A stretch of 64,000 nucleotides of DNA from Candidatus Pyrohabitans jungbluthii (GCA_002010065.2 MTMD02000011.1:3910-67909), one strand, 5' to 3'. Positions 11,093 to 22,054 are shown, counted from the first letter of the stretch. Numbers and translations are program-made. Notes: generated by a model not told the origin, from the letters alone.

Positions 11093-11649
11093 TAGTAACC
11101 GTTAGCGGCCCCATAGGCTCGGGAAAAACAACCGTAGCTAAGGCCATAGCCTCGCGCTTTAACCTGCGCCACGTGAGCGCAGGAGAGGTTTTCAGGGCGC
11201 TTGCGAAGGAGCGAGGCATGACGCTAGCGGAGTTCTCAAAGTATGCGGAGGAGCACCACGAGATAGACCGCCTCGTGGACGAGCGCCAGGTAGAACTGGC
11301 TAAGCAGGGCAACGCCGTCGTAGATGGCAGGCTTACCGCCTGGCTTCTCCCTGAGGCAGAAATCAAAATATGGCTTAAGGCTCCGCTGGAGGTTAGGGCG
11401 GAGCGCGTGGCTAAGCGCGAGGGTATAAGCTATGAGCAGGCACTCCGCGAAACGAAGCTGCGCGAGAAGAGTGAGGCAAAGCGCTACCGGGAGATATACG
11501 GAATAAACCTCGAGGATCTCTCCCCTTACGATATAGTGCTGAATACCAGCCTTTACGAAGCTGAAGACGTTATCGAGATAATCTCTCTGTGTATATCATT
11601 GTCGCCCTATTATGAGGGTGCAAAAAAACCAGCTCCAGAGCAAGGATGA
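11089..11649 (+). CDS. cmk: Cytidylate kinase (archaeal type)
   Basis: SGPIGSGKTT, SAGEVFR, DGRL, RYREIYGI. Confidence 0.93.
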   Translation: MIVTVSGPIGSGKTTVAKAIASRFNLRHVSAGEVFRALAKERGMTLAEFSKYAEEHHEIDRLVDERQVELAKQGNAVVDGRLTAWLLPEAEIKIWLKAPLEVRAERVAKREGISYEQALRETKLREKSEAKRYREIYGINLEDLSPYDIVLNTSLYEAEDVIEIISLCISLSPYYEGAKKPAPEQG

Positions 11650-11702
11650 ACTCGGAAGGCGACTGAAGAGGGACGAGCTTTGGAAAGAGTGAGGTGATAA
11701 AC

Positions 11703-11936
11703 ATGTTTGAAGTGGGAAGAGTTTGTGTGAAGCTTGCAGGCAGAGAAGCTGGTAAGAAGGCAGTTGTGGTTGAGCAGATAGACAAGAACTTTGTGCTTGT
11801 AGATTCGCCTTGGATAAAGCGCCGAAGGTGCAACGTCAAGCACCTTGAGCCTCTCGATGTTGTGGTGAACATAAAGAAGGGCGCTTCCAAGGAGGAGATT
11901 GAGAAGGCACTGAAGGAAGCAGGAATTGAGGCATGA
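11703..11936 (+). CDS. rpl14e: 50S ribosomal protein L14e
   Basis: [27 protein letters not shown]. Confidence 0.96.
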   Translation: MFEVGRVCVKLAGREAGKKAVVVEQIDKNFVLVDSPWIKRRRCNVKHLEPLDVVVNIKKGASKEEIEKALKEAGIEA

Positions 11937-12928
11937 ACAAGCTACCTTCCGAAATTGAGAGGAAACTGATAACCCGCGCTAAGGCAAAGACCAGCGATAA
12001 GTTTGGGAAGCGCCCTGAGGAGCGCACCATAGAGGAGCACATAACCTACGGGTTTGTGAACCTCGATAAGCCCCGTGGCCCCACCTCGCATGAGGTTGTT
12101 GCCTGGGTCAAGAAGATGCTTAATGTTAAGAAGGCTGGTCACGGGGGCACCCTGGACCCTAAGGTTTCTGGAGTCCTTCCTATAGGTCTCGAGAAGTCCA
12201 CCCGCATACTCCAGGTGCTACTCCCAGCGGGCAAAGAGTACATCTGCGTGATGCGCTTGCATGGTGATGTTTCTGAGCAACGCCTTAGGGAGGTTTTTGC
12301 GGAGTTCACAGGTACAATAGTGCAGCGCCCGCCGGTGAAGAGTGCCGTGAAGCGCCAGCTTCGCACGCGAAAAATCTACTACCTTGAGCTTCTTGAGTTA
12401 GATGCTCGAGACGTGCTCTTCCGCGTGGGGTGCGAGGCGGGCACATACATACGCAAGCTGTGCCACGATATGGGCGAGGTGCTTGGCGTGGGGGCGCACA
12501 TGCTTGAGCTCCGCCGTACAAAGAGCGGAAGTTTCACCGAGGAAACGCTGGTTACGCTTCACGACCTCTGCGACGCTTACCACTTCTGGCGTGAGGACGG
12601 CGATGAGAGCTTCCTTCGCAAAGTGATTTTGCCAGTAGAATTTGCAGTTAAGCATCTCGCAAAGGTGGTAGTGCGCGACTCTGCCGTAGACGCACTCTGC
12701 CACGGTGCCGACCTGGCGATACCCGGTATAGCTAAGGTGGACAGCGAGTTAAACCCGGGCGATTTAGTGGCGATGTTCACCCTGAAGGGCGAACTTATCG
12801 CCCTAGGTAAAGCAAAGCTTGACACAAAGACCATACTCACAGAAAACTCGGGAATAGCGGTTAAGACAACACGGGTGCTCATGAGTCCTGGCACTTACCC
12901 GAGGGGATGGAAAGGGAAGGGGGAGTAG
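11933..12928 (+). CDS. cbf5: RNA-guided pseudouridine synthase Cbf5 (TruB family)
   Basis: DKPRGPTSH, catalytic GHGGTLDP, C-terminal PUA domain. Confidence 0.96.
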   Translation: MNKLPSEIERKLITRAKAKTSDKFGKRPEERTIEEHITYGFVNLDKPRGPTSHEVVAWVKKMLNVKKAGHGGTLDPKVSGVLPIGLEKSTRILQVLLPAGKEYICVMRLHGDVSEQRLREVFAEFTGTIVQRPPVKSAVKRQLRTRKIYYLELLELDARDVLFRVGCEAGTYIRKLCHDMGEVLGVGAHMLELRRTKSGSFTEETLVTLHDLCDAYHFWREDGDESFLRKVILPVEFAVKHLAKVVVRDSAVDALCHGADLAIPGIAKVDSELNPGDLVAMFTLKGELIALGKAKLDTKTILTENSGIAVKTTRVLMSPGTYPRGWKGKGE

Positions 12929-13001
12929 GCTGTGAGGCTTTATTAACCGGTGTAGCCTAATTTATTTTACCTTTGTTATCCACCGCAATTACGTTGAGCA
13001 T

Positions 13002-13084
13002 GCCGGGGTAGCCTAGCCCGGAAAGGCGCCAGACTTGAGATCTGGTGCGCTCTGCGCTCAGGAGTTCAAATCTCCTCCCCGGCG
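13002..13084 (+). tRNA. tRNA-Ser(UGA)
   Basis: Acceptor stem GCCGGGG/CCCCGGC, anticodon arm CCAGA-CTTGAGA-TCTGG, long variable arm, T-loop GTTCAAATC; CCA not encoded. Confidence 0.95.
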
Positions 13085-13213
13085 TTCATTTTACCTGCAT
13101 CATCCAACATTGAGGAGACCACTGAGAACTTAAAGATACCAAAAGAAGCGGTTGTTTATGCAACCCTTGAAAAAATAAAAATGTTTATGGAGGGGTTTAT
13201 TATTTAATGAAGC

Positions 13214-13888
13214 TCAAATCCCGCTGGCTAAGTCCAGGAGCACCGCTTTTGGGTCCTTAGCTTTAACCACACCACTGGCTAAAAGCACGCCCTCCGCGCC
13301 AAGCTCAATGGCTGCGCGCACATCCTCGCCCGAGCTTATTCCAGCGCCGCACAGCACCGCAATATCCTTGTTGATGTTCTTCACCGCCTCAACGCTGCGC
13401 TGCACCACCTCGGGCTCAGCCTTTGACACAGGTATGCCGGTGCCTATTAAGTCGGGAGGCTCCACCGCTATGCAACTCGGTCCAAGCTCTGCGCAGGCCT
13501 TGCTGGTGGCGATGTTGTTGGTGCAGACGACGGTGTAGAGGTCCAGCTCTTTCGCCCGGCTAACTATCGCGTCTATATCTGCGATTCGCATGCGGTGCTC
13601 GCTGTGGTTGACCAGCGTTCCCACTGCGCCAGCTTCCTTAACTGCCTCCAGCACCACATAGCCTGTGTGCGAACCAGGAGAGAAAGCTTCCACGTGCTGT
13701 GCCAGCACCGGTATGTTAACTTCTCTTGCAACAAGCGCCAGGTCAACCTGCTGAGGGCAGTAGGCTATGCTCACCCCTGTCTCCTCAGCAACACTCTCGC
13801 AGAGCCTCGCAAGCTCTATATCGCGAGCGCCCATACTTTCGCTGTACGCTTTCACATTGAGCATTATCACAGGCGTTTTTATTCTCAT
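13214..13888 (-). CDS. tpiA: Triosephosphate isomerase (archaeal short type)
   Basis: NVKAY, NHSEH, AVEPPDLIG, CGAGI, LLASG. Confidence 0.96.
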   Translation of the reverse strand: MRIKTPVIMLNVKAYSESMGARDIELARLCESVAEETGVSIAYCPQQVDLALVAREVNIPVLAQHVEAFSPGSHTGYVVLEAVKEAGAVGTLVNHSEHRMRIADIDAIVSRAKELDLYTVVCTNNIATSKACAELGPSCIAVEPPDLIGTGIPVSKAEPEVVQRSVEAVKNINKDIAVLCGAGISSGEDVRAAIELGAEGVLLASGVVKAKDPKAVLLDLASGI

Positions 13889-13921
13889 TCGCTCACCCAC
13901 ATCAATTGGTTGCAGGAGGAT

Positions 13922-15037
13922 TCACTCCACCTTCTCAAAGCGCTTCTCGAGGCGTTTGAGCACGCCTGGCAGAGTGGTGTACTCCATGTCCTCCAGGGGT
14001 AGGCGGTGGGGTTCGAAGGGGCCGTGGCGGCGCATGTATTCGGCGACCTCCTGCGCTTTCCTGCGGGTGTAATCAAAGCCGGGGTCGTCGAAGAGATCCA
14101 CTGGTCCAACAAGCTTGCCGTTTGCCACCTGGAAGCCCGCTGCAACTACGCGGGGCGGGCCGTCAAAGCGCGTGCACCTCGCATCTTTAAAGCTAACCGG
14201 CATTATTGGTCCATTGTGCGAACCCCGCATCCACCCGCTCACCAGGTGTGGGAAGGCAAAAGCCTCAAGAACCTCACCCAGCGCGGGCAAGCCGGACTGC
14301 GACCTCACGAGAGCGACAGGATCGTCCTTGCCAACGTACTCGCCTGCGATCTGGTACAGCTTCTCTGTGCTCACAACAGCGACGGCTTCATCCTTATCTA
14401 TCTTGTGCCCTTCCTTGGGGTAAACCCGCTTAATCACATAGCGCGACTTGGCGCCGATTAGTGCCAGAAGGTCATACATCTCCTCAGGGGTGCTGAGTAT
14501 TACGCGGCGGTGCTCCATGATATCCCATACCTCAAAGCGGAAGCCCATGTGGCAGCTGGGGTCTATGACCAAGCCTGCGGTGTTGAAGGGGTCAGCGAAT
14601 ATTTTAAATATGGGCAGATTGAAGGCACCTGGCTCTGTCTTGTCCATCATGAACGCAACAAGGGGCTCAGACTTGCGCTCCTTAAACTCAAGCTCCGCCA
14701 CACCCGGACCCATGCCGCGGATGTTGCCTGAGAAGGCGTCGCTCAGCAAATCCTGACCAGCGCCGTACAGCTTCAGCTCCTTGGCTCTAGCTGTGGCTGC
14801 CTCAAAGGCGCGCCACGCCAAGCCGTGCACCTCTTCGCTGTCCACGCCGCGATAGTGGCTCATAACCAGCTCCAGGTCATCGCCAGCACTCAGCACGTGG
14901 AAGTCGGCGATAACACCAGTCTCCTTTCCTTCGCTGAGAACCTTCTCAGCCTCCTGCTTGAGCTCCTCGTGCACTGAAACGTGCCCGGGATAGCCACCCA
15001 CATCTGCCTTAATCAGGCTTACAGTAACCTTGCTCAT
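13922..15037 (-). CDS. fbp: Bifunctional fructose-1,6-bisphosphate aldolase/phosphatase (FBPase class V)
   Basis: KADVGG.PGH, YGAGQDLL, YVGKDDP, GWMRGSH, FEPHRL..MEYTT. Confidence 0.97.
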   Translation of the reverse strand: MSKVTVSLIKADVGGYPGHVSVHEELKQEAEKVLSEGKETGVIADFHVLSAGDDLELVMSHYRGVDSEEVHGLAWRAFEAATARAKELKLYGAGQDLLSDAFSGNIRGMGPGVAELEFKERKSEPLVAFMMDKTEPGAFNLPIFKIFADPFNTAGLVIDPSCHMGFRFEVWDIMEHRRVILSTPEEMYDLLALIGAKSRYVIKRVYPKEGHKIDKDEAVAVVSTEKLYQIAGEYVGKDDPVALVRSQSGLPALGEVLEAFAFPHLVSGWMRGSHNGPIMPVSFKDARCTRFDGPPRVVAAGFQVANGKLVGPVDLFDDPGFDYTRRKAQEVAEYMRRHGPFEPHRLPLEDMEYTTLPGVLKRLEKRFEKVE

Positions 15038-15049
15038 TCTTATCTCCTC

Positions 15050-15847
15050 CTACTTCTTACCTCCAAAGTATATCTTCTGACCTGCGGCATTGCGCCAGTA
15101 TCTTCCAAACTCAGGCGATTTCCTGAGCTCCTTATCCCTGAAGGTGGGCCCCTCCTTGCATACGCGCAGGCCAATTCCATCGAGCACGCACTGCCCGCAG
15201 ATTCCAATACCGCACTTGAAGTAGCGGTGAAGCGAAGCCTGAGTTGGAATCTTCTTCTCCCTCGTAATGTCCAGCACCTTGGCCATCATTATCTCGGGGC
15301 CGCAGGTAAAGCACTGGTCGAAGGTCTCCTCCTCCAGAAGCTCGCGAAGCACGTCGGTGGTAAAGCCCTTCTTGCCCGCGCTGCCGTCATCGGTGGAGAT
15401 AAGCACTCTTCCGCCTGCCTTCTCAATGCGGTCTACGAACAGAAGCTCGCTCTTGGTTATCGCCCCGATTATCGCCGTAACCTCTTTGCCTTCTGCTAAG
15501 GCTTCTTCGGCGAGAGGTGCAAGCGGAGCGACGCCTACACCGCCGCCTACGAGTAAAAGCTTGTCCCCATAAACCTTAAAGCCTCTGCCCATGGGTCCGC
15601 GTATGCCCAGCATGTCTCCAGGGCTAAGCTCGAAGAGGCGGCGAGTAAAATCGCCGAGGCGGAGCACAGTTATACCCAGGTCGCCTTTTGTGTATGAAAC
15701 GCTCATAGGCTTCTCATCCACTCCCGGGAGCCAGACCATTACAAACTGCCCCGGGATTGCGCTCACGTCTAGGTCGAGAATGAACGTCTTTATCCGCTTT
15801 GTCTCCTTGATAATCTTCTTTATCTTCACAACCTGCATCTCATGCAT
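15050..15847 (-). CDS. pyrK: PyrK-like FAD/NAD/[2Fe-2S] electron-transfer subunit
   Basis: PGQFVM, RGPMG.GF, GGGVGVAP, CGPE, CGIGICGQC..VCKEGP. Confidence 0.88.
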   Translation of the reverse strand: MHEMQVVKIKKIIKETKRIKTFILDLDVSAIPGQFVMVWLPGVDEKPMSVSYTKGDLGITVLRLGDFTRRLFELSPGDMLGIRGPMGRGFKVYGDKLLLVGGGVGVAPLAPLAEEALAEGKEVTAIIGAITKSELLFVDRIEKAGGRVLISTDDGSAGKKGFTTDVLRELLEEETFDQCFTCGPEIMMAKVLDITREKKIPTQASLHRYFKCGIGICGQCVLDGIGLRVCKEGPTFRDKELRKSPEFGRYWRNAAGQKIYFGGKK

Positions 15848-15852
15848 TGCCA

Positions 15853-16758
15853 CTACCTCAGCGCCAGCCCTACTATCTCATCAACGCTACTGTAACCGTT
15901 CTCTTCCAGATATTCCTTAATCTCCTGAGAAACCTTTTTAAAGATGGTTATGCCGCGGTAGAGCACCCCTGTACCTATCTGCACCGCCCTCGCGCCAGCG
16001 AGGAAGAACTCCACTGCATCTTCGCCGGTGGTTATGCCTCCACATCCTATTACTGGAATATCCACCTCCCGCGCTATCTCATAAACGCAGCGCAGAGCAA
16101 TGGGCTTGATACACGGCCCTGACAAACCGCCCACCTCGTTGCCAAGTATCGGCTTGCCCGTAATCAGGTCTATCTTCATGGCGCGGAGTGCGCCTATTGC
16201 GGTTATGGCATCTGCGCCAGCGTCTTCACAAGCTTTGGCGATTGCCACTATATCCCCTGCGCCCGCGGTGAGTTTCGCAAACACAGGTAAGCTCACCCGC
16301 TTCTTTACCTCCTTAACCACCTCGTGGCTGAGTTCCTCGCTGTACCCGAAGAAGGCTCCTGCTTTGCCCACATTGGGGTAAGAGATGTTCAGCTCAATTG
16401 CATCGACGCCATACTTCTGCAGCGTCTCAGCAACGGCGGCATATTCACCAAAGTTGAAGCCGTAGACGCTCCCGATTACGGGAACGCCGCCCTCCTTGGC
16501 TACGCGAATCTCGTCGCCGAACTCCTCATAGCCGGGGTTCGCTAAGCCAATTGCGCTTATAAGTCCGCCGTTTATCTCAACTACGGTAGGATTCCTGTGC
16601 CCCTCCCTCGGCGTGAGCCCTATCGATTTGGTTACAATTGCGCCAGCGCCTCCGCTCAGCGCTACACGCTTCAGGGCAGCGCCGCTTGTGCCTAAGATAC
16701 CGGAGGCAAGCATGGTGGGGTTTCTCAGCTTTATTCCGCAGAGCTCAACCTCTAGCAT
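15853..16758 (-). CDS. pyrD: Dihydroorotate dehydrogenase family 1B-like FMN protein with altered active site
   Basis: TKS, GLANPG, KLT, GGLSG, GCGGI, VQIGT retained; ELNISYPN replaces ELNISCPN. Family certain, function doubtful. Confidence 0.7.
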   Translation of the reverse strand: MLEVELCGIKLRNPTMLASGILGTSGAALKRVALSGGAGAIVTKSIGLTPREGHRNPTVVEINGGLISAIGLANPGYEEFGDEIRVAKEGGVPVIGSVYGFNFGEYAAVAETLQKYGVDAIELNISYPNVGKAGAFFGYSEELSHEVVKEVKKRVSLPVFAKLTAGAGDIVAIAKACEDAGADAITAIGALRAMKIDLITGKPILGNEVGGLSGPCIKPIALRCVYEIAREVDIPVIGCGGITTGEDAVEFFLAGARAVQIGTGVLYRGITIFKKVSQEIKEYLEENGYSSVDEIVGLALR

Positions 16759-16764
16759 GCTCGC

Positions 16765-17832
<1,068 letters not shown>

Positions 17833-17846
17833 TTAAAGTTTTTCAT

Positions 17847-18000
17847 ATAAGGGCGCCGCACCCGCCCTTATCAACCCATCCTCACCAGATAGGGGCGCCT
17901 TCCCCGCCCCTGTTACCCCTTCCGAACCAGATATGGGCGTCGCGCCCGCTTCGTCACCCGGAACAGAGTTCCGGGCAACCTCTATCACACCTTCCGTACC
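17847..18000. repeat. Tandem cluster of 42-bp hairpin-forming REP-like units (2 complete, 1 interrupted)
   Basis: Units at 17847-17888, 17889-17930 and from 17931 (with inserted CCCGGAAC-AGA-GTTCCGGG hairpin); stem ATA(A/G)GGGCG-N7-CGCCC(T/C)TAT; homologous to 44246-44387. Confidence 0.85.
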
Positions 18001-18066
18001 TTATATGGGGACGCTTACCCCAAGCGGAGCGCAAGCGTTATATAACCACGCCACCCAGGGTTATGC

Positions 18067-18336
18067 ATGAGCGAAGGTATAGGAGTATTTCTGCCAAAAA
18101 AGGAGAACGTGAGCGAGGAGGAATTCCTCTTTTCTGTTTTTAAGGCGAAGGAGATTAGGAAGATAGAGGGTGAGGATTACGTCATTCTTGATTCGGACGT
18201 GGGAGAGCTGAGAATACCAGTAAAAAAGATCTTCGGGTATTTTATTGAGATGTTTGAAACACTTGGTAAGGAGGATAAAGAAAAGCTGCTCAGGCTTATT
18301 AAGGGGTATGTGGAGGAGGGCATCTCTACCCTATAA
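18067..18336 (+). CDS. Hypothetical protein (89 aa)
   Basis: ATG ORF just downstream of TTATATAA TATA box; codon use like neighbouring genes; no recognised motif. Confidence 0.65.
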   Translation: MSEGIGVFLPKKENVSEEEFLFSVFKAKEIRKIEGEDYVILDSDVGELRIPVKKIFGYFIEMFETLGKEDKEKLLRLIKGYVEEGISTL

Positions 18337-19144
18337 ATTCGGGCTCAACGTATTTCGGGAGTATTCCCTCTTCATAGCCTCTCTTTAAGAACAACTTTAT
18401 AGCCTGCCTGCCCTTTTCGCCGTAGTCGAGGGTGTACTCGTTTACATACATCCTTACGAACTTCCTGTTCTTCTCCCTGTCAAGTCCCCGCCCAAACTGC
18501 AGCGCGTATTCCAGGGCTTCTTCTTCGTGCTCTAGGGCATAGCGTATGCTCTGCTTGAGGTAAGAAGCTACCTTGCGGATAACCTCATCGCCAAGGTCTC
18601 GCCTTATGGCGTTACCACCCAGAGGTAGGGGAAGCGAGGTCTCGCTATGCCACCACTCTCCTAAATCTACCACCTTCACCAGGCCCAGCTCAGGGTAGGT
18701 AAGCTGCCCCTCATGGATGAGCAAGCCAGCGTCGACCTCACCCTTCGCCACTGCCTCGGGGATGCGGTCGAAGGGTACCTCCACAGGCGAGAAGTTGCGC
18801 TCGTACAGCTTCAGGGCGAGGTAAGCTGAGGTGAGCTTCCCTGGTATGGCGATTCGCTTCCCTTCCAGAGAATCCAGCTTTTCCCTGGCGACAACGATTG
18901 GGCCATAGTTATCCCCCATGCTCGCCCCGCAGTTGAGCAGGGCATAGCGCTCCGCCAGGTAGGGATACGCGTGGATTGATATAGCTGTAACCTCGTACTC
19001 ACCCTGCATTGCCTTTCTGTTCAGCGTCTCTATGTCTGCCATCACATCCACGAATTCAAACTCGCTCTGTATTTTACCTGTCGCGAGGGCGTAGAACATG
19101 AAGGCGTCGTCTGGATCAGGGCTATGAGCTATTGCTACTCTCAT
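18326..19144 (-). CDS. mqnD: 1,4-dihydroxy-6-naphthoate synthase MqnD (futalosine menaquinone pathway)
   Basis: HSPDPDDAFMFYA, GLLIHEGQLTY, LPLPLG, MYVNEYT. Confidence 0.88.
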   Translation of the reverse strand: MRVAIAHSPDPDDAFMFYALATGKIQSEFEFVDVMADIETLNRKAMQGEYEVTAISIHAYPYLAERYALLNCGASMGDNYGPIVVAREKLDSLEGKRIAIPGKLTSAYLALKLYERNFSPVEVPFDRIPEAVAKGEVDAGLLIHEGQLTYPELGLVKVVDLGEWWHSETSLPLPLGGNAIRRDLGDEVIRKVASYLKQSIRYALEHEEEALEYALQFGRGLDREKNRKFVRMYVNEYTLDYGEKGRQAIKLFLKRGYEEGILPKYVEPEFIG

Positions 19145-20016
19145 ACGCCTAGCCTCTCGCTTATGGTATTTATTATTTTCTCAAACGCTGTGCTCTTAAC
19201 AAAAGGGGAGCCGAGGATAACCTGCTCCACGCCGAGCTTCGCCAGCTCCTCTATCCTCTCCACCACCTCGTCAACGCTCCCGGAGAGGGTAAAGTGCTCC
19301 AGGAGGAAGCTCTCATGTTCTGCAAGCCCGCTCCATCTGCCTCGCTTCACTATATCTCTGACCTCAGCCACCTTCTCGTCAATGCCCATATCTGCGATAA
19401 ACACGGGATTTGCGCCACTCGCTATGACTGCGGCTGCGCCCCTGAGCTCAGCAATATTTTCCTTATCTGGCAGAACAAGCGCAGGTGCGATGCAGGCGAT
19501 GTATGTCTTCCTCCTTACATGGCGGAGAGCCCACTTTATGAACTCAGGGTGAGCGTAGTTGAGTATCACACCCTCGCTCCTCATGCTGGCTAACTCTATC
19601 AGCTTTGGCCCAGAGGCTCCAACAAAGACGGGTACCACTCCCTCTATTTTGGAGATGCACTTCTCAAGGCGCACCACCACACCCCTGCTCGCGATGCACT
19701 CCACCCTCAGCCCGTGCAAGTCCCCCGGTGCAATGCCTGCGATAAAGCGCTCCCCGTATACTTCCTTAAGCACTGTAAATGCCTTTGCGATGTGGAAGCA
19801 GCGGTTGCTCATCGCTGAAAGTATCGCAGAGCCTATTGTGGCATGCGTTGTGCTCTCCGCAAGGAGTGTCATTATCGGAAAAGGATGCACAAGCGGCTTG
19901 GATTCGCCCACCCACAGGTAGCGAACACCGCTGCGCTCGGCTGCAGCTGCCCTCGCAGCAGCTTCTTCCCTGCCCAAGTCGCCGTTGAAGTTAATGCCAA
20001 GCTCAGGCGCTGCCAA
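19141..20016 (-). CDS. Luciferase-like (LLM class) flavin/F420-dependent oxidoreductase, Mer-like
   Basis: RFIAGIAPG, VFVGASGPK, FTLSGSVDEVVERIEELAKLGVEQVILGSP. Confidence 0.75.
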   Translation of the reverse strand: MAAPELGINFNGDLGREEAAARAAAAERSGVRYLWVGESKPLVHPFPIMTLLAESTTHATIGSAILSAMSNRCFHIAKAFTVLKEVYGERFIAGIAPGDLHGLRVECIASRGVVVRLEKCISKIEGVVPVFVGASGPKLIELASMRSEGVILNYAHPEFIKWALRHVRRKTYIACIAPALVLPDKENIAELRGAAAVIASGANPVFIADMGIDEKVAEVRDIVKRGRWSGLAEHESFLLEHFTLSGSVDEVVERIEELAKLGVEQVILGSPFVKSTAFEKIINTISERLGV

Positions 20017-20959
20017 AGCTGCGCACCACCTCTATAGCAGAGTCGCCGAAGGGCGGGCCGACAATGAACTCTTCGAAGCCCAGACGGTGGAGCTCTTCCA
20101 TCGCATCCAGAATCTCCTCTCTTGTGCCAAAAAAGCAGAACTCCCGCAGGGCTCTGTCCGGCACAAGCTTTGACGCGAGAGCGTAGTCCCGCCTGAGAAA
20201 AGCCTGCTTTATCTCCTCCGCCACCTCTTCCAGCTCCAGCATACGGAGCACCTCTCTGGGGGAGCTTGCAATCATCGTTGCAGTAATATGCTTCGCTTTT
20301 TTTACATCATCGCCAAGTACAAAGCCCTTCCACACCACCCTGTGCATGTTTGCGAACCTTCTCCCTGCCTTTTTCGCCGCTTTTCTAACCACTTCAATCG
20401 CCTGTCTGAGGTACTCGTTGGGGCCGCTGAAGATTACGCCGTCGCTGACCTCACCTGCGAGGGCAAGGAGCTTTTTTCCGCGCACACCGAACAGAATCTC
20501 AGGTGTTGCCACGCCCTTTATGCGAAGCCTGTAGCCTCGGAGGCACGCCTTTCTGCCCTCGTATCTGACCTCCTCGCCGCGGAATATTCTGCGCAGCACC
20601 TCAGCGGTTTCCCTCAGCATCGCCACAGCGTTGCGTGGCTCTTTGCCTGTGAGCTTCACAATCTCAGGAATGCCCCCAACACCAATGCCCAGAGAAAAGC
20701 GGTTTCCTGTAATCATCTGCAGCCCCGCCGTGGCTGAGGCGATGAGCACAAGGCTTCTGAGATAGGGGGATAATATTCCAGAGGCTATGGGTATACCCTG
20801 CGTTTTAACGGCGATGGTGGAGAGATACGTGAAAATCTCGCGGGATAGCGCATCTTCGCCCACGAATATTCTTGCATAACTCTGGGCTTCAGCAAGCCTT
20901 GCAAGCTCCACCCCCTGCGTCACGGGCATGCTCGTCGTAAGCCCCAGTGAGATTTTCAT
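20003..20959 (-). CDS. Luciferase-like (LLM class) flavin/F420-dependent oxidoreductase, Mer-like
   Basis: RFSLGIGVG, GVRGKKLLALAGEVSDGV, GTREEI...GPPFG. Confidence 0.8.
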   Translation of the reverse strand: MKISLGLTTSMPVTQGVELARLAEAQSYARIFVGEDALSREIFTYLSTIAVKTQGIPIASGILSPYLRSLVLIASATAGLQMITGNRFSLGIGVGGIPEIVKLTGKEPRNAVAMLRETAEVLRRIFRGEEVRYEGRKACLRGYRLRIKGVATPEILFGVRGKKLLALAGEVSDGVIFSGPNEYLRQAIEVVRKAAKKAGRRFANMHRVVWKGFVLGDDVKKAKHITATMIASSPREVLRMLELEEVAEEIKQAFLRRDYALASKLVPDRALREFCFFGTREEILDAMEELHRLGFEEFIVGPPFGDSAIEVVRSFGSA

Positions 20960-20992
20960 TGCCCCGTATCCCCAAAGATGACATGGAAAAAG

Positions 20993-21502
20993 CTAAATTA
21001 TTGTTAGCCTCTTTACCCCCTCGAGCGCCTTTAGCTCCTTTATAAGCTCCCCCGGCAGCTCCCCCTCGGTTATTATGGTTAGCTTGGGTTCCTCGAAAAG
21101 GTATGGGTCGTCTGCTATGGCTTGCCTTATTGGTATGCCCCACTCAGATATCTTCGACGCCACGCTGCCTATTATCCCGGGCTTCGATGCGTCGTCCGGC
21201 GTTATTATCACCACACTGAGCCCCAGCATGGGCGCCACGTCGCGGAGGAATGCCACGCAGCTAAGGTTGCTGAATATCCTGTAGAGGCTCTCTTCCTTCT
21301 TAATCCTCTCCGCCGTAGCGTCTACCACGCGGCGATCTATGCCCAGCTCTTTCGCAATCTGGGTATGGGGTATCTCTATCCCGCCCACGCAGACACGGGC
21401 TTGCTCATTCACCTGGAAGCCCTTGCGAAGAAGAAAAAGTGCTACCCGCTTCTGCATCGGAAATTTTTTGAAGTGCTTCTCTATCTCGCTCCACATTGGC
21501 AT
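20993..21502 (-). CDS. HTH + ACT-domain amino-acid-binding regulator (COG2150-like)
   Basis: IAKELGIDRRVV helix-turn-helix; PGIIG...IRQAIADDP ACT domain. Confidence 0.8.
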   Translation of the reverse strand: MPMWSEIEKHFKKFPMQKRVALFLLRKGFQVNEQARVCVGGIEIPHTQIAKELGIDRRVVDATAERIKKEESLYRIFSNLSCVAFLRDVAPMLGLSVVIITPDDASKPGIIGSVASKISEWGIPIRQAIADDPYLFEEPKLTIITEGELPGELIKELKALEGVKRLTII

Positions 21503-21586
21503 CTATTAATTGTCGGAGTGTGGATTAATAAATTTATCTGTTTTTGGGCAGTAAACAGATAAAGCGGGAGGCACCTTTTATGAGGG

Positions 21587-22054
21587 TTAGTACAGGACAT
21601 ATAGAAGGAGATAAACTGCTATACCAGACATGAATGAGAGGACCCATGTGGTCAATGTTATCTTCCCGAACTTCCGATGCTTTAACACATTTTCTGTTCT
21701 CATAGTCATTGTTTTTTTATCAAAGTTTTTTATTCCATTGTAAACCATGAAAGCCGCCAATAAAAGAACAACTATGGATATTATGGAGTGAAATACTACC
21801 GTTGGCAGGTATACAAACTTATAAACTCCAGGAGGTCCCATGAATTTTGTTCTTCCTTCGACAAGGGATTTTATCATATAGCTTACAAGGAAGGCGATGT
21901 CGAGCACAAAAGCAGTTCCCATGAACTTCGGGTGCAGAGAAAAATTCCTTTTTCTGGCAAAATAGTATCCAGCCAGAAACATAGCTGTTACGAGAAATTC
22001 CAATGTTAAGGATAAATCAGAGTATAAGCTGGCTTTTGTTCCGTATATCCCCAT
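21587..22054 (-). CDS. DUF420-family membrane protein
   Basis: 4 TM; HPKFM, FLVSY, FHS, HRKFGK...W..S..SGIAVY pattern; AT-rich. Confidence 0.75.
   Translation of the reverse strand: MGIYGTKASLYSDLSLTLEFLVTAMFLAGYYFARKRNFSLHPKFMGTAFVLDIAFLVSYMIKSLVEGRTKFMGPPGVYKFVYLPTVVFHSIISIVVLLLAAFMVYNGIKNFDKKTMTMRTENVLKHRKFGKITLTTWVLSFMSGIAVYLLLYVLY

Noticed and set aside
472-12894. Many long antisense ORFs opposite the ribosomal operon
   Set aside because: Shadows of codon bias in strongly conserved genes; no recognisable motifs.
13085-13213. AT-rich stretch after tRNA-Ser with a short open frame
   Set aside because: No convincing start, homology or att duplication; too short to call.
17847-18000. Possible CRISPR array
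   Set aside because: Units are contiguous, lack unique spacers and diverge from each other, and there are no cas genes; reported as a REP-like repeat instead.
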